In this document: positions 17,505 through 27,826 of the stretch, one piece after another
Layout of the letters: the number at the start of each line of letters is the position of its first letter
How positions within the stretch are numbered: the first letter of the stretch is position 1
Assembly (NCBI GenBank): GCA_020061305.1
Contig: JAGUYM010000014.1
Coordinates: 49,372 to 113,371, forward strand
Direction: 5' to 3'
Origin: Candidatus Woesebacteria bacterium
GTDB taxonomy: Bacteria; Patescibacteriota; Microgenomatia; UBA8517
Length of the DNA: 64,000 bases
Position numbers and translations under genes: made by a program
Notes under the pieces: generated by a model
What the model was told of the DNA's origin: nothing
The model's database searches: none
Seen by the model: the letters and a program-made list of their open reading frames with translations, nothing else

Positions 17505-17650
17505 TGGCTACAAAAAGAACATATCAACCGCATAAAATCAAGAGAATTAGGAAATTTGGTTTTAGAAAGAGAAATTCTACTAAAAACGGAAAAAGGGTTC
17601 TAAAAAGAAGAAGGTTAAAAAAAAGAATTCGTCTATCGGCGACAAATTAA
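17505..17650 (+). CDS. rpmH: 50S ribosomal protein L34
   Basis: [45 protein letters not shown] matches L34, using the internal ATG of the 17381 ORF. Confidence 0.9.
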
Positions 17651-17700
17651 CTTAAAAACTTAGAATGATTGGAATTAGGGTAATTGGAATTATTTTCTAG

Positions 17701-18042
17701 ATGTTGCCTTCAAAATACAGACTCAAGAAAAGAATTGATTTTGCGAGAAGCGAAATTGACGGAAAATTGTTCCAATCCAAAAATTTTGGAGTAAATATTT
17801 TTGATAGAAAAGATAGTGATAATTCTCGTTTTGCTTTTATAATTTCGACCAAAATAAGTAAAAAGGCAGTTGTTAGAAATAAAATAAGAAGAATTATGAG
17901 TGACATAATAAGGTTGAATCTTGATAAAATAAAGACCGGCTTGGATGTTGTATTTTTAGTCAAACCTACTATTCTAAAATCACATAGAAAGGAAATTGAA
18001 GATGAAACTCTTAAGACTATTGCTTCTAATTTACAAAAATAG
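17701..18042 (+). CDS. rnpA: RNase P protein component
   Basis: 113 aa basic protein containing ..RLKKRIDF....FGV.I...........RNKIRR... It sits in the conserved rpmH-rnpA-yidD-yidC order. Confidence 0.85.
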   Translation: MLPSKYRLKKRIDFARSEIDGKLFQSKNFGVNIFDRKDSDNSRFAFIISTKISKKAVVRNKIRRIMSDIIRLNLDKIKTGLDVVFLVKPTILKSHRKEIEDETLKTIASNLQK

Positions 18043-18193
18043 TTTCTCGGTAATTTTTAGATACTTATTTGGGAAAGGTTGCAAATATAATGTGACTTGT
18101 TCTGAATATACTGTTATTCAGATTGAAAAACATGGATTTATCCGTGGGGGTTTAAAGGGATTTAAAAGAGTGTTAAAATGCAACAACTTATGA
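17996..18193 (+). CDS. yidD: membrane protein insertion efficiency factor YidD
   Basis: The motif CKYNVTCSEYTVIQIEKHGFIRGGLKGFKRVLKCN matches the YidD C..PSCSeYa..Ai..hG..kG..la..RilrChP pattern. It overlaps the rnpA 3' end. Confidence 0.7.
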   Translation: MKMKLLRLLLLIYKNSFSVIFRYLFGKGCKYNVTCSEYTVIQIEKHGFIRGGLKGFKRVLKCNNL

Positions 18194-18999
18194 ATATTTT
18201 TCAAATCGCACTGGTTCAACCATTAACCAACGGCCTTATACTTTTTTATAACTTACTTTTTCAAAATATGGGCCTCGCAATTATTGGTTTTAGCTTGTTT
18301 TTAAGATATATTACAAATCCTTTAACTAAACCATACATGAATTCGATGAAGAAAATAAAAGAGATCGAGCCCTTAGTTGCCAAATTAAAGAAAAAATATG
18401 CAAATGACCCTAAAAAACTTATGCAGGCACAGACAGAGCTTTATAGGCAGAAAAAGATTAACCCAGGTTCAGGATGTCTCCCTTATCTTTTACAGATAGT
18501 AATTTTGATTGCCCTTTTTAATGTGTTTACCCAAGTGCTTTCCCAAAACGGAGACACATTAACAAAACTTAATCAAATGCTTTATGCTCCACTTAAATTT
18601 TCTGAAAACTCTACTTTGAATACAAGTTTTTTGTATTTAGATGTTAGGAAGCCAGACATCTTTAAATTTGCAAACATTCCCTTTCCAATTCCCGGCCCCC
18701 TATTAATTCTTGCAGGTCTATTACAATTCTTTTCTGCCAAAATGATGGCCCCTGTTGTTAGGGCTGAACAGAAGATTGCAAAAAAGACCATGGGAGAGGC
18801 TGATGATATTGCAGCTTCAATGCAGTCCTCAATGATTTATATGTTTCCTGTAATGACTATTATATTTGGTGTTAATTTTCCATCAGGACTTGCTCTTTAT
18901 TGGTTATTGTTCTCTGTTTTTCAAATATACCAGCAATATAAAACTTCAGGTTGGGGTGGACTTACCCCTTTAATTCAGAAGCTTGGTTTGCTAAAATAG
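18178..18999 (+). CDS. yidC: YidC/Oxa1-family membrane protein insertase (short form)
   Basis: Five predicted TMs and the family blocks PLTKPYMNSMKKIKEIEPLVAKLKKKY and INPGSGCLPYLLQIVILIALF. Confidence 0.85.
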   Translation: MQQLMNIFQIALVQPLTNGLILFYNLLFQNMGLAIIGFSLFLRYITNPLTKPYMNSMKKIKEIEPLVAKLKKKYANDPKKLMQAQTELYRQKKINPGSGCLPYLLQIVILIALFNVFTQVLSQNGDTLTKLNQMLYAPLKFSENSTLNTSFLYLDVRKPDIFKFANIPFPIPGPLLILAGLLQFFSAKMMAPVVRAEQKIAKKTMGEADDIAASMQSSMIYMFPVMTIIFGVNFPSGLALYWLLFSVFQIYQQYKTSGWGGLTPLIQKLGLLK

Positions 19000-19009
19000 C
19001 TTTACCAAC

Positions 19010-19453
19010 ATGAAAGACGAGCTGACAAACATCACCAAAGATCTACTGACTTTAATAGAAACTCAAGCCGAGATAGAGGTTGTTGAAAACGAAGACTCGT
19101 TGGATGTGAATTTTTCAAACACCCAAGACGCAGGACTTTTAATCGGATTTAGGGGTGAAAATATTAGTGCTTTTCAAACAATTCTGGCTATGATTTTGAA
19201 GCAAAGAACGGGCGAATGGAAAAGGGTAAATGTAAACATTGGAGATTATAAAGAAAAACAGGAAGAGAAACTTAAAAATTTGGCAGAGCAGTCTGCTAAT
19301 AGGGCAGTTGAAACCGGCAGTGAAGAACCAATTTATAATTTAACTCCTTCACAACGAAGAATAATTCACATGTATCTCTCCGAGAGAAAAGATGTAGTAA
19401 CAGAATCCGTAGGGGTTGAACCGGAGAGGTATTTAGTGGTAAAACCTAAGTAA
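19010..19453 (+). CDS. jag: Jag/KhpB-like RNA-binding protein (KH + R3H)
   Basis: KH-like LLIGFRGENISAFQTIL and the C-terminal R3H block LTPSQRRIIHMYLSERKDVVTESVG. It occupies the conserved position after yidC. Confidence 0.75.
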   Translation: MKDELTNITKDLLTLIETQAEIEVVENEDSLDVNFSNTQDAGLLIGFRGENISAFQTILAMILKQRTGEWKRVNVNIGDYKEKQEEKLKNLAEQSANRAVETGSEEPIYNLTPSQRRIIHMYLSERKDVVTESVGVEPERYLVVKPK

Positions 19454-19454
19454 T

Positions 19455-20537
19455 GTGCCAGCACTGTTTAAACTTTTAGCTTTTACAATTCCGATTCAGC
19501 TTTCGCTTCATTTTGACTTTTGGGATTCAACGGTTTACGGATTTAAAATTGATTATCTAATTTCCACCTTTTATTTATCAGACATTTTAGCATCCTTGGT
19601 CATTCTGTTTGGAATTAAGAATATAAAGCTCAGTATTAAGCATTATGTATTAAGTATTATGTATTTGGCCTTTGCCTTATACAATATTCATAATTCATTA
19701 TTCATAATTCCTGCAGTTTATCGTTGGTTTAAAATAACTGAAATGCTTCTTTTAGGTTTAGTAATAATAAACTACAAAAAATATAAAATTTTTGAATATT
19801 TTGTTAAACCATTATCCTACTCAATTATGATGGCTTGTATCTTAGGTATATTGCAGTTTATTAACAATGGTTCAATAGGTGGGTTATTTTATTTATTAGG
19901 TGAAAGAAGTTTTAGTTTCATTGAACCGGGTATAGCTCCTTACCCTTATTCATTTTTTCCTCATCCAAATGCCTTCGCAGGATTTTTACTTGTTTTTGGA
20001 ATTTTTGTCTTGCAATACAGAAAGAAATTTAATAAAAAATATTTTTGGTTATTGGCAATATTGGTTGGTATTAATTTGATTTTAACAAATTCTTTAAATG
20101 TATATATTACTGCAGCTTTGCTGTTGGTCATTAGTCAGAAGTTTTTAGTCTTTAGTTTTGTTTCACTTGATTTTTTACCAAGATTTGTTTCGCACCGGAT
20201 AGAACTCATAAATTCATCAATTCAAATGATTAAAGACAACTTCTGGTTTGGTGTGGGTTTAAATAATTTTATTCCAAATTTAGTAAAATATTCAAAAAAC
20301 TTTTTATATTCATGGGAATTACAACCTGTTCACAACATATTTTTACTTGTTTTTAGTGAGCTTGGAGTTGTTGGCTTTATTGCATTTTGTTTTCTTGTTT
20401 TTTCTTCGCTATCAGCTATTCGCTATTCGTTATTCGCTGTGATAGTCACAGGATTATCAGATCACTATTGGTTGACTCTTCAACAAAATATGCTTCTGTT
20501 TACATTTGTCGTTGCTTTGTCTAAAATCAAAAAATGA
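19455..20537 (+). CDS. O-antigen ligase / Wzy_C-family polytopic membrane protein
   Basis: About 10 TMs and the characteristic loop VHNIFLLVFSELGVVGFIAF. The stop is TGA. Confidence 0.5.
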   Translation: MPALFKLLAFTIPIQLSLHFDFWDSTVYGFKIDYLISTFYLSDILASLVILFGIKNIKLSIKHYVLSIMYLAFALYNIHNSLFIIPAVYRWFKITEMLLLGLVIINYKKYKIFEYFVKPLSYSIMMACILGILQFINNGSIGGLFYLLGERSFSFIEPGIAPYPYSFFPHPNAFAGFLLVFGIFVLQYRKKFNKKYFWLLAILVGINLILTNSLNVYITAALLLVISQKFLVFSFVSLDFLPRFVSHRIELINSSIQMIKDNFWFGVGLNNFIPNLVKYSKNFLYSWELQPVHNIFLLVFSELGVVGFIAFCFLVFSSLSAIRYSLFAVIVTGLSDHYWLTLQQNMLLFTFVVALSKIKK

Positions 20538-20962
20538 AAATATATTGTGATGGGGGGTCGAGAGGAAATCCAGGTCCGGCTGCAAGTGCCTTTGTAGTTT
20601 TTGATGAAAAAGATGAATTAGTCCATAAAGAGTCAAAATATTTAGGTGTTACAACAAATAATGTTGCAGAATACAACGCTGTTTTACTTGCCACAAAATG
20701 GCTCGTAGAACCGTCAACAGTCAAAAGTAAAAAGTCAACAGTAATAGTGAACTTAGACAGCCAACTTGTAGAAAGACAACTTAATGGTTTTTATAAAATT
20801 AAAAATGAAAATTTGATGAAATTTGCTTTGGAAATAAAAAATATAATCAAAGTAAATAATTTAAATTTAAAATTTATTTGGAATTATAGGACTAATAACA
20901 AACTAGCCGATAAATTAGTTAATGATATATTGGACGATGTTCAACGGGAAAACAAGCAATAA
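20534..20962 (+). CDS. rnhA: ribonuclease HI
   Basis: The N-terminus IYCDGGSRGNPGPAASAFVV and the block NNVAEYNAVLLATKW match RNase H. It contains an STVKSKKSTV insert encoded by AGTCAAAAGT heptamers. Confidence 0.75.
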   Translation: MKIYCDGGSRGNPGPAASAFVVFDEKDELVHKESKYLGVTTNNVAEYNAVLLATKWLVEPSTVKSKKSTVIVNLDSQLVERQLNGFYKIKNENLMKFALEIKNIIKVNNLNLKFIWNYRTNNKLADKLVNDILDDVQRENKQ

Positions 20963-21019
20963 TTTTTGTTTTAACAAAATAAATACACTTCGGTAATTTT
21001 TATATGGTAAAGTAGATAG

Positions 21020-23527
21020 ATGAATGATTATGACCAAATAGTAGGTATATATTCACCTAAAAATTTTCTTACCCTAAAATTAAAGGAAAGATTTGAGGAA
21101 AACTATTTAGAAGTAGTAGTTTTTAAAAATTTTTATGATGTTGATTTTTCAAAATTTAGTTATTTAATAATTAATTTACTTGACGAAGCAATTGATAAAG
21201 AGAGTGTCAAAAAAATAATTTCAGACTTAGACATAAAAATTGTAATCTTAAACAAGCTCTACACTGAAAAATCTAAAAAATATTTAGAAGATTCTTATCT
21301 TTCAGAACTTTTAGAAATTAACTCAAGCATTGAAATAATTTTAATCCCGGAAGTCATAGGAGAGGGTGCTGATTATAATCAATTGTGCGTTTTACACAAT
21401 TTAATCGTTCAAACAGCTACTAGTGAAAGAATAAAAATAAGTGAAAACTGGGGGCCTATTAGTACTGTCAGTTATAAAAAACTGGTTGATAGAGTGGCAC
21501 ATGAGCTATTTACCTTTGGCGGAGCAGGTAAAAAAATCGCCCTGATTGGGCCAAGAATAACCCCCAAAAGTTTTGCCTCTAAAATTTTGGGGGTAGATAA
21601 TCAAAACATTTTAATTACAAGAGAAGCCAATAATGTAGCTTCTTTAGAATATGATGCCACAATTACAGTAACGTTTTCGCTAAAACTTGCTGTTTCTAAA
21701 ACAAAATTTTCACTTGAAAAATCACCAAAAAAAGATGTCTTGTCAACTCAAAAAACAATACCAAAAAAAATATTTACCGGTGTTTACAAATTTACATTTC
21801 TGATTATTGGATTGTACTTAATTCCTGTAATATTGCTTTTAGTTTCCACTCTTACCCTACTATTGTCTAGTAGTCTAATATTTAAAAATACAAGTTTATC
21901 ACTGAAACTTGCCGAAACATCCAAACTTACTGCCAATATGGTAACCAACCTTGATTATGGCAATAAAGGTCTATATCCCCTTGCACAAATTGTTTATAAA
22001 TCTAGTGATATTTTTAAGTCCACTGTGGAACTATCTCTTTTTTTGACAGCTTTCGCTTCAAAAATACTTCAGAATGAGACTTATGATCTTTCATCGTATT
22101 CAGATGAAGTTTCGGCCTCTCTTGACCAACTGTATACAAGTGTAAGTTTTTTGCAAAGCGATGTTGAGGGTCTATCAGGGAAGATTGGAAACAGAATCAG
22201 ACTAAGTATTGAAAAAAGAGGTCTTGATATGTTTAGCTATAAATCGAAAATATATTTTTCTAAAATTCTGGCTTCGAGATTAGATCACCTTTTAGGTGTC
22301 AATAAACCTTCTAAATATCTAGTATTATTTCAAAATAATATGGAGCTTCGTCCAACAGGAGGATTTATCGGTTCTTTTTCACTGGTCACACTTGATAAAG
22401 GCAGGCTTGCAGATTTCAGTGTTTACGATGTTTATGATGCTGATGGGCAATTAAAAGGCTATGTAGAGCCACCTCAACCAATTAAAAATCATTTAAATGA
22501 ACCGGCATGGTACATGAGAGATGCCAATTGGGACCCGGATTTTTCTTCTTCTTCTGAAAAAATTGAATGGTTTTTGGACAAAGAGTTGGGGGTTTCTGTT
22601 GACGGTGTTATTGCTGTTGATCTTAATTTAATAGAGGACCTAGTTAAATTAACTGGACCGTTAACACTTTCTGATTATGGAAAAACCATTGATTCAAATA
22701 ACTTTTATCAGACTACTCAGGCTGAAACAGAAAGAGACTTTTTTCCGGGCAGTAAAAGGAAAAAAAATTTTCTTTCTGAATTGTCTAGAGTTTTATTAAC
22801 AGAAATTACTTTAATAAAGCCCACAAATTACTTAAATTTTGCGCGAGTAGTATATGAAAACTTTGAAGGAAAACATATTCAAATTTACCTACACGACGAG
22901 TATGCGCAAGATGCAATTAAAGGTTTAGACTATTCAGGTTCAGTTAATACCGCTATCGATTGTGGAGTGAGATGTTTAAATAATACATACATGCTTGTTG
23001 ACGCAAATGTGGGTGTAAACAAGGCCAACCAATATGTAAACAGGTTTCATGAATTCACTCAAACGCTAGACAAGAATGGTCTGTCGAATCAGCTTCTTGT
23101 AAATTACAAAAATAATGCAAGTTCACAATTAGGGCCTCAAGCGTTATATAAAACTTATACCAGACTAATTATACCTAAAGAGGCTGTGGTTTCAGGAGTA
23201 AGGCTGTATGACAAAAATAGGAGCGATTCGTTTTTGGATCTTAATTATGATTCAAGCTTGACAGATAACGGGCTTGAATTGGGATTCTTGCTTGATATTT
23301 TGGCGGGAGGAGAAAAAATGCTTCAAGTTGAGTGGAAGATTGAAAATAAAAGTTTGGAAAGTGGTGGAGAATTGAGAACACACATAATAAAACAAGCAGG
23401 CACAAAGGCAGATGTTGTTTATTTAAAAACCGCAGGTAAAGGATTGGCCTTGACCGGAGGAGAGGATAGAGTTTATAATACAGTCCTTACGAAGGATTTT
23501 AGACAGAAGTTCTTCTTTAAAAAATAA
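21020..23527 (+). CDS. large membrane-anchored protein of unknown function (DUF4012-like)
   Basis: 835 aa with a central TM (FTFLIIGLYLIPVILLLVSTLTLLL) and the motif NNMELRPTGGFIGSFSLVTLDKGR, which I recall from DUF4012 proteins. The family assignment is tentative. Confidence 0.4.
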   Translation: MNDYDQIVGIYSPKNFLTLKLKERFEENYLEVVVFKNFYDVDFSKFSYLIINLLDEAIDKESVKKIISDLDIKIVILNKLYTEKSKKYLEDSYLSELLEINSSIEIILIPEVIGEGADYNQLCVLHNLIVQTATSERIKISENWGPISTVSYKKLVDRVAHELFTFGGAGKKIALIGPRITPKSFASKILGVDNQNILITREANNVASLEYDATITVTFSLKLAVSKTKFSLEKSPKKDVLSTQKTIPKKIFTGVYKFTFLIIGLYLIPVILLLVSTLTLLLSSSLIFKNTSLSLKLAETSKLTANMVTNLDYGNKGLYPLAQIVYKSSDIFKSTVELSLFLTAFASKILQNETYDLSSYSDEVSASLDQLYTSVSFLQSDVEGLSGKIGNRIRLSIEKRGLDMFSYKSKIYFSKILASRLDHLLGVNKPSKYLVLFQNNMELRPTGGFIGSFSLVTLDKGRLADFSVYDVYDADGQLKGYVEPPQPIKNHLNEPAWYMRDANWDPDFSSSSEKIEWFLDKELGVSVDGVIAVDLNLIEDLVKLTGPLTLSDYGKTIDSNNFYQTTQAETERDFFPGSKRKKNFLSELSRVLLTEITLIKPTNYLNFARVVYENFEGKHIQIYLHDEYAQDAIKGLDYSGSVNTAIDCGVRCLNNTYMLVDANVGVNKANQYVNRFHEFTQTLDKNGLSNQLLVNYKNNASSQLGPQALYKTYTRLIIPKEAVVSGVRLYDKNRSDSFLDLNYDSSLTDNGLELGFLLDILAGGEKMLQVEWKIENKSLESGGELRTHIIKQAGTKADVVYLKTAGKGLALTGGEDRVYNTVLTKDFRQKFFFKK

Positions 23528-24195
23528 TGACAAAAATAAAGCTGGAATATAAAAAAAGGAATGTTTTTGGGAAAAAAGTAAAGAATTTAAGAAAAGAAGG
23601 TTTAGTTCCCGCTAATATTTTTGGTAAAAAAATTAAATCAGAAAGCATAACAGTTGATTTAAAGGAATTTAAAAGCGCATTTGAAAAGGCAGGGGAAACT
23701 CAAATTATTGATTTGTCTGGAAAACCGGTTTTAATATCCAATGTACAGCTTGATCCAGTAGAGGGAACGCCAATCCATGTAGATTTTAGAAAGGTTGATT
23801 TAACTGAGAAAATAAAAGCCAGTGTGCCAGTTGTTGCTGATGGCGAATCTCCAGCTGAAAAACAAGGCTTGGGTGTTGTTGTTTTGCAACTCCATGAAGT
23901 TGAGGTTGAAGCTCTTCCTGCTGACCTTCCTGAAAAAATTGAGATTGATCAAGAAGTGTTGACTGATGTTGACCAGGCAATATATGTAAAAGACCTAAAA
24001 GTGAGTAAGGGGGTTGAAGTTTTAAATGATCCTGAAGCAATAGTTATTAAAGTTGAGCCACCACAAAAGGAAGAAGAACCGGAGCCAGTCCCAGAACCTA
24101 CCGAAGGCCCAGAAAGCGAATCTCAAACGGAGGGTGAGAAGCCAGCAGAGAGTGGTGAGGCTAAGGCTGAAAATAATTTGGATCAATCTGCTTAA
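23527..24195 (+). CDS. rplY: 50S ribosomal protein L25 / general stress protein Ctc
   Basis: The L25 N-domain (KRNVFGKKVKNLRKEGLVPANIFG) is followed by a beta-barrel block and an acidic C-terminal tail. Confidence 0.8.
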   Translation: MTKIKLEYKKRNVFGKKVKNLRKEGLVPANIFGKKIKSESITVDLKEFKSAFEKAGETQIIDLSGKPVLISNVQLDPVEGTPIHVDFRKVDLTEKIKASVPVVADGESPAEKQGLGVVVLQLHEVEVEALPADLPEKIEIDQEVLTDVDQAIYVKDLKVSKGVEVLNDPEAIVIKVEPPQKEEEPEPVPEPTEGPESESQTEGEKPAESGEAKAENNLDQSA

Positions 24196-24433
24196 CTTTG
24201 TCCGCTCTTCCAAGTTCTAGCCATCCATCAATATAGTCGGGGTGTTTTTCAACAAAATCTTTCCAGAATTCTTTATTTGTATCGTTTGTTGTTTGTACTC
24301 CCAAAACTTTTGATTTGTCTTGATCTAATTTTTGCAAATTAAAAATTGAGAGAAGAAGAATAAATATGGTGCAGAGAATATAAATTAAATAAATAAAATC
24401 TTTTGAATAATTAGCCCTTTTCTTTTTTGCCAC
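24161..24433 (-). CDS. small single-TM protein, unknown
   Basis: 90 aa with a TM FIYLIYILCTIFILLLSIF. It overlaps the rplY 3' end, so it is weakly supported. Confidence 0.3.
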   Translation of the reverse strand: MAKKKRANYSKDFIYLIYILCTIFILLLSIFNLQKLDQDKSKVLGVQTTNDTNKEFWKDFVEKHPDYIDGWLELGRADKVKQIDPNYFQP

Positions 24434-26495
24434 TATTCATATTAGGCCAAGTGGAGGTGGTCAGTAAAGTATTATTTCCAAGCTCTTTCCAGCACGCTTC
24501 AGTTACAAAAGGCATGAAAGGATGAAGAAGTTTAAGAAAAATTTTCAATCCATATTTTAGATCTTGTTGTAATAATTTGTCGTGTTTTGCATCTTCAATA
24601 CATTTGTCACAGTACCAATGCCAAAATTCATTATAAACCACTTCCGCCGCCTGATTAAGTTTGTATTGTTCCATGTATTTTGTTGTTTTATTAATTATGG
24701 TTTTAAGTTTCAAGTTATAATTCTTATTTTTGAATTCCTTGATTTCTTGAGTTTTTTCATTTTGTTTTACGAATCGGGTTGCATTCCAAATTTTGTTGGC
24801 AAAATTTCTCATTCCCTTAATTTTTTCTTCTGAATAATTTTGGTCATTTCCTGCCCCCGCCCCCTGAATAAGCGACATGCGAAGTGCATCTGCTCCATAT
24901 TTTTCTACTGTTTCCAGTGGATTTATTACATTTCCCTTGCTCTTGCTCATTTTTTGACCCCTTGAATCCTTGACAATTCCGTGAAGATAGACAGTTTTAA
25001 ATGGTACCTTTTTTGTAATATAAAGACCCAGCATCATCATTCTAGCTACCCAAAAGAACAAAATATCATATCCAGTTTCCATAATATCCAATGGGTAAAA
25101 CTTTTTGTAATCTTTCCCGTTTGGGAAACCTAATGTTGCAAACGGCCATTGTCCAGAAGAAAACCATGTATCAAAAGTATCTGTATCTTGAACCCAATCA
25201 CTTCCTTCTGGCGCTATCCCGTCAGTAACAACCCATTCGCCTGTTGTTTTATTTTTCCATGCAGGTATTCTAATACCCCAAACAATTTGGCGGCTAACAT
25301 TCCAATCTCTGATGTTTTCAAGCCAGTTGAAATAAATTTTCTCAAATCTTTTTGGTATTATTTTTGTTTGAGACCTTTTTACAGCTTCAATTGCAGGAAT
25401 AGCTAACTCTTTGGTTCTGATGAACCACTGCTCCATTGGTAGTGGTTCTAGAATATTTGCACACTTGTAGCAAATCCCAACAGAATTTGTAAATTCTTCC
25501 ACTTTTTCTAAATAGCCGTCATTTTTTAGCTTTTCAACAATATCCTCGCGTGCCGTTACTGCTTTTTGACCTTCAAATTTGCCTGCCTCTTTAGTTAATT
25601 TGCCCTTTAAATCAATTACCTGTATCTTTTCTAGACCATGCTTTTTGCCTAATTCAAAATCGTTTTCATCATGAAGAGGTGTAACCTTTAATGCTCCAGT
25701 TCCAAAGTCCATTTTGACATAGCTATCTGAAATTATTGGCATTTCTCTGTTATTCAATGGGTTTACTGCAAAAAGTCCTATAAATTTTTTATATCTTCTG
25801 TCTTTTGGATTAACTGCTATTGCAGTGTCCCCAAATATGGTCTCAGGTCTGGTTGTAGCAACAGTAATTGTATCTTTTGAATCTTTAATTCTATACTTAA
25901 CAAAATATAATTTTGATACTTTTTCTACATGTTCTACTTCCAAATCAGAAAAAGCAGTACCATGCTTGATGCAGTAGTTAACAAGTTTTATGTCTCTATA
26001 AACAAGCCCATCGTCATATAGTTTTTTAAATGTTTTATAAACAGTTTTGACTATATCATCATCCAATGTAAACTTCATTTTTGACCAATCAAGAGAAAAA
26101 CCAAGCCTTCTTAATTGATTTTCCATTGTGCCACGATTGCTTTGTACAAAATCCCAGATATTTTTATAAAGTGTATCTCTATCGAAATCAAACCTGCTTT
26201 TACCCTCTTTCTCAAGATGTTTTTCATAGACCACCTGTGTTTCAAATCCTGCATGGTCGGCACCAGGAATCCAAACTGTGGAATCTCCAATCATTCTGTG
26301 ATATCTAATCAAAACATCCTCAACTGTGTACATGGCGTGGCCATAATGAAGTGCAGCGTTGGCATTGGGAGGTGGGAGGACTATTGAAAACGGACTTTTG
26401 ACTTTTGACTTTTGAATTGGCTTAAACGCGCCAGTATTTTCCCAATTTTTATATATCTTTTCCTCGTGTTCCCTATGATCGTATTTCGAGTCCAT
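24411..26495 (-). CDS. valS: valyl-tRNA synthetase (short form without C-terminal coiled coil)
   Basis: Contains P-P-P-N-x-x-x-x-LHYGH (ValRS-type HIGH), KMSKSKGN, and editing-domain blocks. The N-terminus carries a QKSKVKS segment encoded by (AAAGTCA)x3. Confidence 0.8.
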   Translation of the reverse strand: MDSKYDHREHEEKIYKNWENTGAFKPIQKSKVKSPFSIVLPPPNANAALHYGHAMYTVEDVLIRYHRMIGDSTVWIPGADHAGFETQVVYEKHLEKEGKSRFDFDRDTLYKNIWDFVQSNRGTMENQLRRLGFSLDWSKMKFTLDDDIVKTVYKTFKKLYDDGLVYRDIKLVNYCIKHGTAFSDLEVEHVEKVSKLYFVKYRIKDSKDTITVATTRPETIFGDTAIAVNPKDRRYKKFIGLFAVNPLNNREMPIISDSYVKMDFGTGALKVTPLHDENDFELGKKHGLEKIQVIDLKGKLTKEAGKFEGQKAVTAREDIVEKLKNDGYLEKVEEFTNSVGICYKCANILEPLPMEQWFIRTKELAIPAIEAVKRSQTKIIPKRFEKIYFNWLENIRDWNVSRQIVWGIRIPAWKNKTTGEWVVTDGIAPEGSDWVQDTDTFDTWFSSGQWPFATLGFPNGKDYKKFYPLDIMETGYDILFFWVARMMMLGLYITKKVPFKTVYLHGIVKDSRGQKMSKSKGNVINPLETVEKYGADALRMSLIQGAGAGNDQNYSEEKIKGMRNFANKIWNATRFVKQNEKTQEIKEFKNKNYNLKLKTIINKTTKYMEQYKLNQAAEVVYNEFWHWYCDKCIEDAKHDKLLQQDLKYGLKIFLKLLHPFMPFVTEACWKELGNNTLLTTSTWPNMNSGKKEKG

Positions 26496-26546
26496 AAATG
26501 TATTTTAACCTAAAAACTTGATTTTTGCAGAAATAGAGAGTACATT

Positions 26547-26792
26547 ATGCTAATGTCAAAAGAATTTACAGAATTTACTCCCAGGTTAATAGAGGATAGT
26601 ATAAGTTTGCTCAGTTATGCTTATAGATCGCGGATTAAGGTTGGTAAATTGGCTGATGGTGTTTCTGTGGTAGAGATGAATCCAACAAAAACAAATGCGT
26701 ATATATGTTATTTCGAAAATCTAGAAAATTGTGGAAGATGCACTATAAAAAAATGTCCATCCAATAATAACCCAAATAAAAAAGAGGGTTAA
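26547..26792 (+). CDS. hypothetical small protein
   Basis: 81-aa ORF between valS and tsaD with no recognisable motif. Confidence 0.25.
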   Translation: MLMSKEFTEFTPRLIEDSISLLSYAYRSRIKVGKLADGVSVVEMNPTKTNAYICYFENLENCGRCTIKKCPSNNNPNKKEG

Positions 26793-27823
26793 AGACTAAG
26801 TCTTGGATTTATGTCAACATCGTCGATGTTTTTATATTTAGCATTTAGTTTTTGATTCTTAAGATATGCTGTTGTTCCAATCATTCCTGCATTATCTCCA
26901 GTTAGCCTTATACTGTATGGTATATGCATTATGATGTTATTTTTTCTACAAATTTTGCGAAGTTTTTTTCGCAGTTCAACATTCGCTGATACTCCACCCC
27001 CAAGTAACATATGGCTTATAGTATATGGCATATTGCTAATTTGGTACTCAAGAACACGGCAAATATGTTCGAAGGCTACGGATTGAAAACAAGCGGCGAG
27101 ATCGTAAATATCTTGTTTTGTTGGATTTTTAATAGTTTCAAAAAGTCTCACAAACGCAGTTTTTAAGCCAGAATAACTAAATCTATTTTTCTCTTTATCA
27201 TTTATCAGGGGAATTGGAAGTTTAAATCTATTAGGATTTCCATGTTTTGCCATTTTTTCTAAAATAGCTCCCCCTGGATAACCAAAACCTAAAAGTCTTG
27301 CAGACTTGTCTAAAGCTTCACCTAAGGCGTCATCAGAAGTTTGAGCCAATATCTCATATTCACCAATATTTTTGATTAAAACCAACATTGTTGTTCCTCC
27401 AGAAAGCACCAAACCGAAACTTGGAAATTGGAAATTTTTACTTATGACTTTTGACTTGGGACTTGCAATCGGAGAGAGCAGATGACTTTCTATATGATTT
27501 ACGGGAATTAATGGTTTGTTGTATTTTTTGGCTAATTCTTTTGCATAATTCACGCCAACTGACAAGGCTATTGCCAACCCTGGACCAGTTGTTACTGCAA
27601 CAGCATCGATATCCTTAAGAGCTTTATGTTTTTTGCCTAATGCTTTATATACAACAAACTCAATACGCTCGGTGTGCATACGTTGGGCAAGGCTAGGGAG
27701 TACTCCTCCAAAGCTGGAGTGGAGGCTAGATTGCGACCAAACCACATTCGAAAATATCTGGGATTTGTGCGTAACTGCTGCCGCAGTCTCATCGCAACTT
27801 GTATCGATGGCTAATATATTCAT
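26789..27823 (-). CDS. tsaD: tRNA N6-adenosine threonylcarbamoyltransferase TsaD (Kae1/Gcp family)
   Basis: MNILAIDTSCDETAAAV plus the HxEGH-type metal-site blocks (NHIESHLL) and the C-terminal GGGVSAN. Confidence 0.9.
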   Translation of the reverse strand: MNILAIDTSCDETAAAVTHKSQIFSNVVWSQSSLHSSFGGVLPSLAQRMHTERIEFVVYKALGKKHKALKDIDAVAVTTGPGLAIALSVGVNYAKELAKKYNKPLIPVNHIESHLLSPIASPKSKVISKNFQFPSFGLVLSGGTTMLVLIKNIGEYEILAQTSDDALGEALDKSARLLGFGYPGGAILEKMAKHGNPNRFKLPIPLINDKEKNRFSYSGLKTAFVRLFETIKNPTKQDIYDLAACFQSVAFEHICRVLEYQISNMPYTISHMLLGGGVSANVELRKKLRKICRKNNIIMHIPYSIRLTGDNAGMIGTTAYLKNQKLNAKYKNIDDVDINPRLSL

Positions 27824-27826
27824 AAA